From the IMG/VR virus record IMGVR_UViG_3300029705_000042: a stretch of DNA of 64,000 bases; one strand, 5' to 3'. The DNA is from a virus (taxonomy: Duplodnaviria > Caudoviricetes). Position numbers and translations under genes: made by a program. The first letter of the stretch is position 1. Every line of letters starts with the position of its first letter. Below are positions 55,463 to 63,826 of this stretch, piece after piece. Under the pieces are notes generated by a model. It was not told the DNA's origin and did not search any database. It saw only the letters and a list, made by a program, of their open reading frames with translations.

Positions 55463-55675
55463 TTATTTATCGTTATAAATCGGTAGAACCTCTATCACTT
55501 CCTCCACTCTACATTCGAGATGTTGACATATATTATCTATTGTTTCTAAAGAAACATACTCTCCCTTAGTCATTTTAGCAAGAGTAGCAGAACTGAAACC
55601 AACTGCTTCTCGTAATTGAGTTTTGGTCATGTCTCTATCCAATAATAATTTGAATAATGGCTTATAACTAATAAT
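55463..55675 (-). CDS. Cro/CI-type (HTH_26-like) regulator, 70 aa, predicted ATT start (not in the ORF track)
   Basis: (I)ISYKPLFKLLLDRDMTKTQLREAVGFSSATLAKMTKGEYVSLETIDNICQHLECRVEEVIEV; GGAGG 8 nt upstream of ATT. Confidence 0.8.
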   Translation of the reverse strand: MISYKPLFKLLLDRDMTKTQLREAVGFSSATLAKMTKGEYVSLETIDNICQHLECRVEEVIEVLPIYNDK

Positions 55676-55999
55676 ACTAAAGACCTCCCTTCCCCTCCCT
55701 CAAACCTCTTCCCTATCGTTTGTTATACATTATATCATATGGTTTACCTTATTTGATATGTAGTTTAAGATAATGTATAATATATTTAGAAACATAAATA
55801 TTTTATTTGTTAGAAAGAACATTGTTTTTTCTTTTAATCTTAAATGATTTGAGTTTTGCATTGTTCTTTTCTGCAACTAAAATACCTAATGTTTCAAAAA
55901 ATTTTTCAATATTCATAGCAACACCTCTATTTGTTTGTTATACTATATTTATTATATTGTATAACCTTATATGTTACTATGAGAAAAAATTGGTAAGGG

Positions 56000-57433
56000 A
56001 TGATGCGTATGACCACATTTGACAAAGAAAGAAAAATCAAAAGAGCCTTTGACACAAGTAAAGTAATCAGAACAGCAGCTTACATTAGGGTGTCAACAGA
56101 TGAGCAAGCAAAACACGGTTTCTCTATTGAAGCACAGAAAGAAGGTTTACAGAAATATGCAGACGAACACGGTTATAGAATTGTAGATTGGTATATTGAT
56201 GATGGTAAGTCTGCTCGTAAGAAAACAAGTAAACGGAAAGAATATTTGAGACTAATTGAAGATGCTAAAAAGGGCAAATTTGAAATGATTATTTTCAAGT
56301 GTTTAGACAGATGGTTTAGAAATATCAGCGAGTATTACAAGGCGCAATCTGTTTTAGACGACAAAGGTATTGGTTGGGAATGTAGCGAAGAAGATTTTGA
56401 TACAACCACTCGTGATGGTCGTTGGAAGCTTCATATTTATCTTATGTTAGCGCAAGACGAAGCTGACAAAACAAGTGAGCGTATCAACTATGTGTTTGCA
56501 CATAAAATTCAAAATAGAGAAGCTATATCTGGTTCTCAACCATATGGTTTTAAGGTAAAAGAGATAGATGGTATTAAAAGGGTTGTTAAGGATAAAACCG
56601 TATCTCATATTGTTGATGATATTTTTGATAACTTTGAATTGTTTAACTCCAAAAGAGCGGCACTATATTTTGTACAAGATAAATACGACATTAAAGTGGA
56701 ATATAAGTTGATAAGCAATATATTAACCAATTCGTATTATTACGGACATTATCGTGGTGTAGATGATTATATTTGGGGTGGTAGTTATATTACAAAAGAA
56801 CGCTATGATAGAATTCAAAAAATGTTGAAGAAAAATGTTAAAGCTCGTAAAAATAAAAAGAATCAAGATTATATTTTTAGTGGATTATTGGTTTGTAGTA
56901 TTTGTGGTTGTAAACTGTCTGCTCATTCTAGTCGCTTCCCTTTGGCAGATGGTAGCGAAAAGACATATTTGTTTTATAGATGTAACAGGTCTGCTATGGC
57001 TAACAAATGTACATCCAGAGGGACATTTAGTGAAATTAAATTAGAGCAAAAGTTAATACAATCAATTGAAGAAGAAATTGAAGATTACATTTGCGAATAT
57101 GAATTGGATATTAAGAAAGAAAAGAAACCACAGATTGACACTAAAAGCATAAAAGAAGAAATACAACGGTTAAATATTTCTTGGCGTAAAGGCAGAATGG
57201 AAGAGGCAGAGTATGATTATGAGTTTGAACGATTGCAAAAGAAGTTGCAAAAGGCTCAAGAAGAACTTCCAGAAAAACATGATTTGACTCCTTTATATGA
57301 TTTTTTGAATAGTGGCTGGAAAGATATTTATGATACTCTAACTTCTGTTGAAAAAAGAGCATTGTGGCGTTCGGTAATTGATGAAATAAAAGTTGATGTG
57401 TTGAACAAAGAATTTAAAATTAAGTTTATATAA
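56000..57433 (+). CDS. Large serine recombinase (phage integrase)
   Basis: AAYIRVSTDEQ catalytic Ser, DRWFR, PYGF recombinase domain, CSIC...C...C zinc ribbon, coiled coil. Confidence 0.93.
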   Translation: MMRMTTFDKERKIKRAFDTSKVIRTAAYIRVSTDEQAKHGFSIEAQKEGLQKYADEHGYRIVDWYIDDGKSARKKTSKRKEYLRLIEDAKKGKFEMIIFKCLDRWFRNISEYYKAQSVLDDKGIGWECSEEDFDTTTRDGRWKLHIYLMLAQDEADKTSERINYVFAHKIQNREAISGSQPYGFKVKEIDGIKRVVKDKTVSHIVDDIFDNFELFNSKRAALYFVQDKYDIKVEYKLISNILTNSYYYGHYRGVDDYIWGGSYITKERYDRIQKMLKKNVKARKNKKNQDYIFSGLLVCSICGCKLSAHSSRFPLADGSEKTYLFYRCNRSAMANKCTSRGTFSEIKLEQKLIQSIEEEIEDYICEYELDIKKEKKPQIDTKSIKEEIQRLNISWRKGRMEEAEYDYEFERLQKKLQKAQEELPEKHDLTPLYDFLNSGWKDIYDTLTSVEKRALWRSVIDEIKVDVLNKEFKIKFI

Positions 57434-57468
57434 ACCCATTTTCAAATGGGTTTAAAACTTACCTATAC

Positions 57469-57514
57469 TTTGCTTAACATTCCTGCTCCAGTTGGAGCAT
57501 ACTATTTAAACAAA
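57469..57514. other. Candidate attP for the serine integrase (central dinucleotide GT at 57491-57492)
   Basis: TTTGCTTAA-N6-TGCTCCA-GT-TGGAGCA-N6-TTAAACAAA: symmetric inner and outer inverted repeats, 35 nt after the integrase stop. Confidence 0.7.
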
Positions 57515-57575
57515 ATTTTTAAATGAGAGAAAACAGCTTTAAATGCTGATATAATAGGCTTAAGGAGTGATTCAT

Positions 57576-57803
57576 ATGGGTAATAATAGAGACTTATTTA
57601 ATCTTGCAAAGAATTATGTAATGGTTTTTGATTTGTATGCAAGAGCTAGGGTAAACAATGAAGAGTTTGCAGAAGAAATGGATAAGATAAGAAATGAGGT
57701 TTTACAAAAAGGATATAACATTGATAAATTTGTCGAGTATCAAGATTTATATCGTAAATTGAGCGTTGCCGAGTATTATGAATTCATCAAAACATTAGAC
57801 TAA
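57576..57803 (+). CDS. Hypothetical protein
   Basis: RBS AAGGAG; 75 aa. Confidence 0.6.
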   Translation: MGNNRDLFNLAKNYVMVFDLYARARVNNEEFAEEMDKIRNEVLQKGYNIDKFVEYQDLYRKLSVAEYYEFIKTLD

Positions 57804-57826
57804 TTCTAATTAGGAGTGATTACATC

Positions 57827-58147
57827 ATGAAAAACAACACAAGAGCTATGATTTATTTAAAAGAGAATGACCGAAAAGCAGCACAAAGACTACTTTGCAT
57901 GTTTCATGCTACTGATTATGAATATGAAGTATTGGGCGAAACAACCAACCTTGAGGAAGTAAAAGATTGTGATGTATTATTAGTCGCATCTGCATCTGTT
58001 TTAACTAGAGACAGAATAGAATATGAAAAGATTAAAAAAGAATTGAATGAGAAGAAAGGAATTAAGATTGAAGTGTCTGGAGAAAATGGCAGAGCTGGAG
58101 ATTATCTTGAAATGATGATGCAAATGTCTCGTCAAGGTCGCATTTAA
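57827..58147 (+). CDS. Small protein resembling a degenerate resolvase catalytic domain
   Basis: RAMIYLKEN..AQ..LC...A...YEVLG...DVLLVASASVLTRD...L.EKKGIKIE. Confidence 0.5.
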   Translation: MKNNTRAMIYLKENDRKAAQRLLCMFHATDYEYEVLGETTNLEEVKDCDVLLVASASVLTRDRIEYEKIKKELNEKKGIKIEVSGENGRAGDYLEMMMQMSRQGRI

Positions 58148-58215
58148 AAGTATTGATAAAGTATCATTGCGATGTTATAATCTTTTAAGCACTCACAACA
58201 CTATGTATATACGCA

Positions 58216-58257
58216 AAGAAGTCCTTATAGATTGTTTCTATAAGGACTTCTTTTTTT
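58216..58257. terminator. Bidirectional terminator between convergent modules
   Basis: AAGAAGTCCTTATAGA-TTGTT-TCTATAAGGACTTCTT + T run. Confidence 0.75.
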
Positions 58258-58361
58258 ACGATACTGGATGTACGAGCAGCATTGATGTTAATATCTAATA
58301 TTAAGTATATCCAGTGATTAAATGTTTATGCTTTAAAATTAGGAATGATTCCTAATAAGGA

Positions 58362-58655
58362 TTAATCAACCTTGTCGTAATATTCATTAAGCATTTCTTT
58401 AGTTAAAACTCCAATGCCGCTGTTAATCTTTTTGGCGATATAATATCCGTCTTCTACAATGGCACCGTGAGGAAAAATAAATAGCTTATCTTTGTTATCA
58501 ACCTTATCAAAGTGGACTACTGTTCCATTTTTAATTGCTTCAACAAACCAATCAGGCACATTTTCTTCATTAAAATTGCCATTGTATTTGAATACTTCTA
58601 TTTCTTTGCTAAACTTCGAAAATTCTTTTGAACTTTTAATTCTATACTTACTCAT
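58362..58655 (-). CDS. Hypothetical phage protein
   Basis: RBS GAGG; PDWFVEAI...GYYI...YDKV. Confidence 0.65.
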   Translation of the reverse strand: MSKYRIKSSKEFSKFSKEIEVFKYNGNFNEENVPDWFVEAIKNGTVVHFDKVDNKDKLFIFPHGAIVEDGYYIAKKINSGIGVLTKEMLNEYYDKVD

Positions 58656-58819
58656 ATTTACCTCTTAAAATCTCATTTTTATGCGGTCATATGATTGACT
58701 CATACGGTCATATGACCGCATAATCCAATCGCTTGAATTTTGATAATGTTTTTTATTATTGACTAAGATGCCACTTTTGTTTATTATTGTAAATGTTATT
58801 TTTATAACATTATTAGTTG

Positions 58820-59089
58820 TTAATCACATAACTCTTCTTCAATTTCTTTAATCCTTCGGTCTAAATACCATCGAGCCTTCTTTAAATCCTGCACCATCTT
58901 TTCTTTATCAGTCTTGTCGGCAGAATGTTTCTTGCCAGCCCTTGATACATATTTCACTACATTGCCAAGACAAAATCCCAAGTTTTTATCTTCAATATAA
59001 TCAATGACTTCAATTTTGCTATCTGCATAATGCTGTGGTTTTTGAACATCATCATAAGTAATAGTAATATTATCTTGTGCCATTATCAC
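58820..59089 (-). CDS. DUF3310/SaV-like protein
   Basis: V.KPQHY...IEVIDYI....GFCLGNVVKYVSRAGKK...DLKKARWYL. Confidence 0.85.
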   Translation of the reverse strand: MIMAQDNITITYDDVQKPQHYADSKIEVIDYIEDKNLGFCLGNVVKYVSRAGKKHSADKTDKEKMVQDLKKARWYLDRRIKEIEEELCD

Positions 59090-59691
59090 TCTTGCTCCCT
59101 ATCTTTATTGTAAATATCATATCTTTCGTGGATGTTTAAAAGATTACAGTCGCTATGTTTTTTACAGAAACCTTCCCACCATCCACAACTCTTGGGATAT
59201 TCAGGACAGCCGCCACGATAAATGCACTCTCTAACACATCTACTATGCAATTCGGGTTCAAACTCTTTAACTGCAAGTAGTACTTTATTCCAAAATTGCC
59301 TTGTTTCTTTTGATGCAGAAGTGCACTCTCTTTTTCTTGTAATGTTTATAAAACTTTGAAAATTACCATCAAATCTAACGCTATTAGGCGTATTTCTGTT
59401 AGGTACTTCATCATATGTAGCTCTGTCATATCTTAGTGAGGATACAAAGGGGGTAAAACCAACATTGTGTCTTACGAGATGTCCAATAACAAATGACGGC
59501 ACATTATAGCAATTAATAATTAGTCTACCAGTTCTAATAGGTGAATGTTCAGATAATAAAATATCACTTTTCCATTTTGAGTTCGGATATTTACCTGTGT
59601 TTTTGCCGATTGTAAACATTGCATCATCTTTGATTTCTTGCCACATATCTTCGTGCCACTTAATTTCTACTGTCATTTTCGATAAATCCAT
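59086..59691 (-). CDS. thyX: ThyX-like flavin-dependent thymidylate synthase family protein
   Basis: EHSPIR, HLVRH..(V)SSLRYD, R.C..AS.ETR..W, C..RGGCPE. Confidence 0.6.
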   Translation of the reverse strand: MDLSKMTVEIKWHEDMWQEIKDDAMFTIGKNTGKYPNSKWKSDILLSEHSPIRTGRLIINCYNVPSFVIGHLVRHNVGFTPFVSSLRYDRATYDEVPNRNTPNSVRFDGNFQSFINITRKRECTSASKETRQFWNKVLLAVKEFEPELHSRCVRECIYRGGCPEYPKSCGWWEGFCKKHSDCNLLNIHERYDIYNKDREQE

Positions 59692-59694
59692 ATA

Positions 59695-60171
59695 TTAAAT
59701 TATCTCCTTTAAAAATTTTGACCCTGTACTTTTCAAAAAGTCTTCAATTAATCTGCTTTCGTCTTTACTCTTACTAAACGCCATAACATTAATTGTATGT
59801 TCGCCTTTTCTTGTATAACCATCATTTGCTATATATTTAATTTTATGTTCTGCAAGATAATTACATAAGTTTTGAATGTCATTCAGATTATGAGATGTAA
59901 TAACAAATGTCCATTTTGCAGCCTTCTTAAAACGAGAACTGATTACAAATGCCACATAATTACCAACACCCGAAGAGAGTGATACTATTATTATCGCTAA
60001 CAATGTATTGTCCTCGATTACTTGGTCGATTACCAAATAAAATATCAGTTGCGAAATAACAACTAATATAGATGATATAATTTTTTGTTCTTTATAGGTA
60101 GATATGCTTTTAAAAGTAAGTACAATATTATCTAAAATTTTGATGATAGCTAAAAAAATATATCCAACCAT
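59695..60171 (-). CDS. Membrane protein (DUF5698/DUF2179-like)
   Basis: Three hydrophobic helices followed by a soluble domain. Confidence 0.6.
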   Translation of the reverse strand: MVGYIFLAIIKILDNIVLTFKSISTYKEQKIISSILVVISQLIFYLVIDQVIEDNTLLAIIIVSLSSGVGNYVAFVISSRFKKAAKWTFVITSHNLNDIQNLCNYLAEHKIKYIANDGYTRKGEHTINVMAFSKSKDESRLIEDFLKSTGSKFLKEII

Positions 60172-60192
60172 TATTATCTTTTACTCTTTCTA

Positions 60193-60348
60193 TTAATATA
60201 AATACCGTTTGCGATATTCTTCGAGTAGCGCTGATACAACTAATTTTTGTTTATCAAATTTAATACGAAGATTATTTCTTTTTCGTATTTCTTTTTTAAT
60301 AACTTTCAACAACTTTGTTTCATTCCAACGCTTATTAATTTTTACCAT
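60193..60348 (-). CDS. Small basic hypothetical protein (51 aa, not in the ORF track)
   Basis: MVKINKRWNETKLL...YRKRYLY; overlaps the upstream stop and fills the gap. Confidence 0.45.
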   Translation of the reverse strand: MVKINKRWNETKLLKVIKKEIRKRNNLRIKFDKQKLVVSALLEEYRKRYLY

Positions 60349-60548
60349 TTTTCACTGCCTTCTACAACATCAAATTCTTTCAAAAGACACTCATCGCATA
60401 TTTCTTCACCGTAATAATTATATAATGTAGCTTCCTCTCCGCATCTATCACAATAAAAGTGAGTTACATTTCTATGAGGGCAACCAAAACCTAAACAATG
60501 AAGACCAACATCCTTACAGCCAACACATTCATTCTCAATTTTTCTCAT
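60342..60548 (-). CDS. Small Cys-rich (zinc-binding) protein
   Basis: CVGC..C..C, CDRC, CDEC. Confidence 0.65.
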   Translation of the reverse strand: MRKIENECVGCKDVGLHCLGFGCPHRNVTHFYCDRCGEEATLYNYYGEEICDECLLKEFDVVEGSEKW

Positions 60549-60571
60549 AAAATCATACCTCTTAAAACAAA

Positions 60572-61060
60572 TTAATAGTCTTGAGATTCAAAAGGAATAT
60601 ATGTATCATAATAATCATTGCTTATTATCACTTCATATTCTTTGTCTGTACCGTCATATCTGTATATTGCTACATACAAGTTGCCTGTTTGCATCAACCA
60701 CGCAAACTCATCTTTGTGCTTTCGCAAATAATCTATACCTCGATGAATTTCTTGCTTAATTCGTTCATTATTGCAAACATCAACAGCTTTAACCTTTGCA
60801 GATGTATGAAAGAAATGCGTAGGAAATTCAATATTATCTCTTGTTAATGTGATTGCCTTCTCGTTTTCTTCGAGCATATTGTCATTGCCACATAATGGAC
60901 AATCTAAATAAACGCAACCTAAAGCGCCTATTCTTAAATCGCTCTCTTCATATTCCAATTCAGAACCACAGTTTTCACAGGTTAGCTTACGAGGATAAGG
61001 CTCGAATTTAACCTCTGTTTCGTTTGTAGATTTTGCATAATTATCTTTTAATATTTTCAT
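60572..61060 (-). CDS. Zinc-ribbon hypothetical protein
   Basis: CENC...CPLC; RBS GGAGG. Confidence 0.65.
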   Translation of the reverse strand: MKILKDNYAKSTNETEVKFEPYPRKLTCENCGSELEYEESDLRIGALGCVYLDCPLCGNDNMLEENEKAITLTRDNIEFPTHFFHTSAKVKAVDVCNNERIKQEIHRGIDYLRKHKDEFAWLMQTGNLYVAIYRYDGTDKEYEVIISNDYYDTYIPFESQDY

Positions 61061-61068
61061 TTTATATT

Positions 61069-61356
61069 TTATACCTCCTGTTTATTTGCATTCTCTTCCC
61101 AATCAATCATTGCGATGTTACTTGCCGTCACTTCGTTATTTAATAATCTTTCTTTATTTTCAAAATTGTCCCAAATAACATCTGGGACAACCATCTTTAT
61201 TTTCATTGGTCTTTTGTCGTTTTTAATTTGTTCAGCCATTTGCATGAAATTTATCATCAATATTTCTTTTGGCGCTTGTGCCGTTTGTTTTTTAATCAAC
61301 TTATCCTTCGAATAAACTTCAAAAACAACATTATAAAAATCAGAAAAAGCGAACAT
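61069..61356 (-). CDS. Hypothetical protein
   Basis: RBS GGAGGG; 95 aa. Confidence 0.6.
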   Translation of the reverse strand: MFAFSDFYNVVFEVYSKDKLIKKQTAQAPKEILMINFMQMAEQIKNDKRPMKIKMVVPDVIWDNFENKERLLNNEVTASNIAMIDWEENANKQEV

Positions 61357-61368
61357 AGCAACCCTCCC

Positions 61369-61584
61369 TTATGACCGTTTATTTCTTGCATACTTTTCGT
61401 TTGCTTCTTTGTTTGATTTTCTTACTGCATTTAAAAAGCATTTCCAACTACAAGTATATCCTCCAGTGGCAATATACTTTGTGTCATCATTGGGTTTAAA
61501 TTCTTTGCCGCAAACAGGGCAAGTAAGAAATCCTTGTTCATTGACAAGTTCTGGTATAGAGTAATTTATCATATTATGCTCCAT
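61369..61584 (-). CDS. Small zinc-finger protein
   Basis: CPVCGKEF...TCSWKC. Confidence 0.6.
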   Translation of the reverse strand: MEHNMINYSIPELVNEQGFLTCPVCGKEFKPNDDTKYIATGGYTCSWKCFLNAVRKSNKEANEKYARNKRS

Positions 61585-61602
61585 TTAAAATTTTAAAATT
61601 AT

Positions 61603-61687
61603 TGGTGTCGGTAGTGGGACTTGAACCCACACGCCTTTCGGCAATAGATTTTGAGTCTACCTCGTCTGCCTATTCCAACATACCGAC
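61603..61687 (-). tRNA. tRNA-Leu(CAA)
   Basis: Cloverleaf with long variable arm; GTAGA-CT-CAA-AA-TCTAT; GGTTCAAGTCC; encoded CCA. Confidence 0.93.
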
Positions 61688-61691
61688 ATAT

Positions 61692-61777
61692 TGGTGCTAC
61701 TGACGGGAATCGAACCCGTATGGTGTTATACCGCAGGATTTTAAGTCCTGTGCGTTTGCCTGTTCCGCCACAGTAGC
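61692..61777 (-). tRNA. tRNA-Leu(TAA)
   Basis: CAGGA-CT-TAA-AA-TCCTG; long variable arm; GGTTCGATTCC; CCA. Confidence 0.93.
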
Positions 61778-61780
61778 ATA

Positions 61781-61855
61781 TGGTACTCGGTACGGGAGTC
61801 GAACCCGTGTTACCGCCGTGAAAGGGCGGTGTCTTAACCACTTGACCAACCGAGC
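61781..61855 (-). tRNA. tRNA-Glu(TTC)
   Basis: CCGCC-CT-TTC-AC-GGCGG; GGTTCGACTCC; CCA. Confidence 0.95.
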
Positions 61856-61868
61856 ATGTTGGTGAAAA

Positions 61869-62363
61869 TCACACATATTTCCAATGATATCCACCAACAG
61901 TTTGAAGATGACCATTGCAACAACTTGTTAAGTTTCCATAATTAACATGCATTTTTTCACTTGCTTCTTTTACGCTATCAAATATTGTGTTTAATTCAAT
62001 GCACAAAATCTTCTTGTATTGCGCCTTGGCTTTTCTTGCAATTCCAGTTCCATATCGTACATTTTCCAATCGTGTTGCCCATTCTAAATTGGATAAACGA
62101 TTGTCTTGCTTGTTTTCATTTTTATGGTTGACTTCCATTGTGTCAGAATTACAAATCGGTTCAAAAGCCAATAACACAAGTCGATGGCATTGCAAGACCA
62201 TGTTTTTATTTTTATCTCTTAGGTGTACCGTAAGATATCCATATTTATTTAAATGCGGCGTTAATAACTTGCCTTCTGGATTTTGTTTAAAAGACATAAA
62301 TCTTCCTTGGTTACTAACTCGATATCCTTCCCAGCCATCAATGTCTTTCCAAATTTCTTCCAA
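61869..62363 (-). CDS. NUMOD4-HNH-NUMOD1 homing endonuclease within the tRNA array (TTG start predicted)
   Basis: EEIWKDIDGWEGYRVSNQGR, HRLV..AF...EVNHKNENKQDNRLSNLEW, C-terminal NUMOD1; GAGGT RBS. Confidence 0.88.
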   Translation of the reverse strand: MEEIWKDIDGWEGYRVSNQGRFMSFKQNPEGKLLTPHLNKYGYLTVHLRDKNKNMVLQCHRLVLLAFEPICNSDTMEVNHKNENKQDNRLSNLEWATRLENVRYGTGIARKAKAQYKKILCIELNTIFDSVKEASEKMHVNYGNLTSCCNGHLQTVGGYHWKYV

Positions 62364-62395
62364 ATTAACAAACCTCGCTTCCATTAATATATAAT

Positions 62396-62473
62396 TGGTG
62401 CGCCTAGTGGGATTTGAACCCACGACCCATAGATTAAAAGTCTATTGCTCGTACCGAACTGAGCTATAGGCGC
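62396..62473 (-). tRNA. tRNA-Lys(TTT)
   Basis: ATAGA-CT-TTT-AA-TCTAT; GGTTCAAATCC; CCA. Confidence 0.93.
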
Positions 62474-62477
62474 ATAT

Positions 62478-62986
62478 TGGTTGCAAGGCATTTCCTCCTT
62501 GCATAGAGGGCTTTTCATCTCTTATATATCCGCAAATATATAGCTCTATTGTAATGTTAATTACTCCAACAACCGCCATTGATAAGTAGCGATACGGTAT
62601 TTTTTGATGCTCCGCAGCCTCACACATTGACATCTCGACCTTTTATATGCCGCATATCGGTCAGCGGCAATCTTTGTTGTTGGCTTTAAATTACATCAGG
62701 TGAGCAGTTTCAATCTCACGCAGCTTCAATGGATTTCACAGCCTTGGTTTTGTAGTGCCTTGCGCTACAGCGAGAGTTGACCCTCCGAGTGTTCCATTAA
62801 GCGAAGCTCTTATTGTCTTAGTGCCTATTAATGCTTGGCTACTGATGTATAACGGAAACGCCATTATTGACGAAACCTCGACTCTTTCCACGCTGGGTCG
62901 GAAGAGTATAAATTTCTTGCTTAGGCAACCCAAGAGAAGGTTATGGGGAACATCCCCATTAATAGCCAACTGATGTCCTTTCGGAC
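62478..62986 (-). ncRNA. Putative large structured ncRNA(s) embedded in the tRNA array
   Basis: GC-richer, no convincing ORF, many local and long-range helices, a possible pseudoknot, 3' end is a 7-bp stem + ACCA. Confidence 0.55.
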
Positions 62987-63061
62987 TGGTCGAGATAACA
63001 GGAGTCGAACCTGCTTAACCTTGCTCCCAAAGCAAGTGGGTAGCCGTTACCCTACATCTCG
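62987..63061 (-). tRNA. tRNA-Pro(TGG)
   Basis: CTTGC-TT-TGG-GA-GCAAG; GGTTCGACTCC; CCA. Confidence 0.9.
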
Positions 63062-63064
63062 ATT

Positions 63065-63140
63065 TGGCTGGGTGTACTGGATTCGAACCAGTGAAGTGCA
63101 GGAGTCAAAGTCCTGTGCCTTACCGCTTGGCGAACACCCA
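63065..63140 (-). tRNA. tRNA-Gln(TTG)
   Basis: CAGGA-CT-TTG-AC-TCCTG; GGTTCGAATCC; CCA. Confidence 0.93.
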
Positions 63141-63226
63141 ATATAGAACCGCCTGTAACGGTTTGTTCTTTATAGCAAGAACAAGGTTGAATTTCACTTT
63201 ACATCCAAGTATTTAACACTATATAT

Positions 63227-63826
63227 TTATCTGTTATCGCATTTTTCAGCAAATAACCAAGGATAAGCATTTGCCTTTGTCAACCACGATATACCAAAGA
63301 AAGACAAGGCAATCATTTCAACAAGCCAAATCTGAATATGGAACGAAGGTAATAAGAGAATAGCAAAAGCGCCAATCATACCCACTCCGCAAATTCGGTA
63401 AATCACATTTCTTACCTTTTTCTTTTCCGTCATATTCCCGCCACTCTTCGTAAACTGAAACAAGGATACATAAGCAAGTATAACGAAAAAGCATATTGCA
63501 GATATATTGTGTATTGCTGAACTTATATCAACAGGAACTTGAAATGTACCAACTTTTTCTGTATTAGTCCAACACGGAAACAAGCAAATCAACAAACCGA
63601 AAATTCCTGCTATCGTATTCAGAATATCATCAATCTTGTCGTATCCATCATAGAACATCAACATAACGGAAGCGGCACCAAGAACTATCATAAACACTGC
63701 TCCTGCGTGTGTGTAATATGTTGATGATATAGAAGATGGAATTCTCCATAAAATTAATGCGACAATCCACGGCAACGAAAAAGCCAACCAACCGATAAAA
63801 CATCTTAAACGAGTTGTATTAATCAT
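63227..63826 (-). CDS. Integral membrane protein (DUF998-like)
   Basis: About 6 TM helices; SISSTYY, LFP, H.ISA..FF, E..AL..FG.SWL.K. Confidence 0.65.
   Translation of the reverse strand: MINTTRLRCFIGWLAFSLPWIVALILWRIPSSISSTYYTHAGAVFMIVLGAASVMLMFYDGYDKIDDILNTIAGIFGLLICLFPCWTNTEKVGTFQVPVDISSAIHNISAICFFVILAYVSLFQFTKSGGNMTEKKKVRNVIYRICGVGMIGAFAILLLPSFHIQIWLVEMIALSFFGISWLTKANAYPWLFAEKCDNR

Noticed and set aside
35386-62957. Identical 13-mer GGGGATGTTCCCC upstream of tnpB (35386-35398) and on the minus strand at 62945-62957
   Set aside because: Short self-complementary hairpin with no extended homology; likely coincidence
62478-62986. tmRNA, or the short ORFs 62442-62633, 62736-62969 and 62755-62973
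   Set aside because: No tRNA-Ala-like ends or T-arm and no tag ORF recognised; the ORFs lack RBSs and the sequence is dominated by helices
890-63724. Numerous antisense and alternate-frame ORFs in the track (e.g. 9870-10589, 38785-39543, 55807-56022, 61599-61841)
   Set aside because: Shadows of real genes, repeats or tRNAs, without RBS or recognisable motifs
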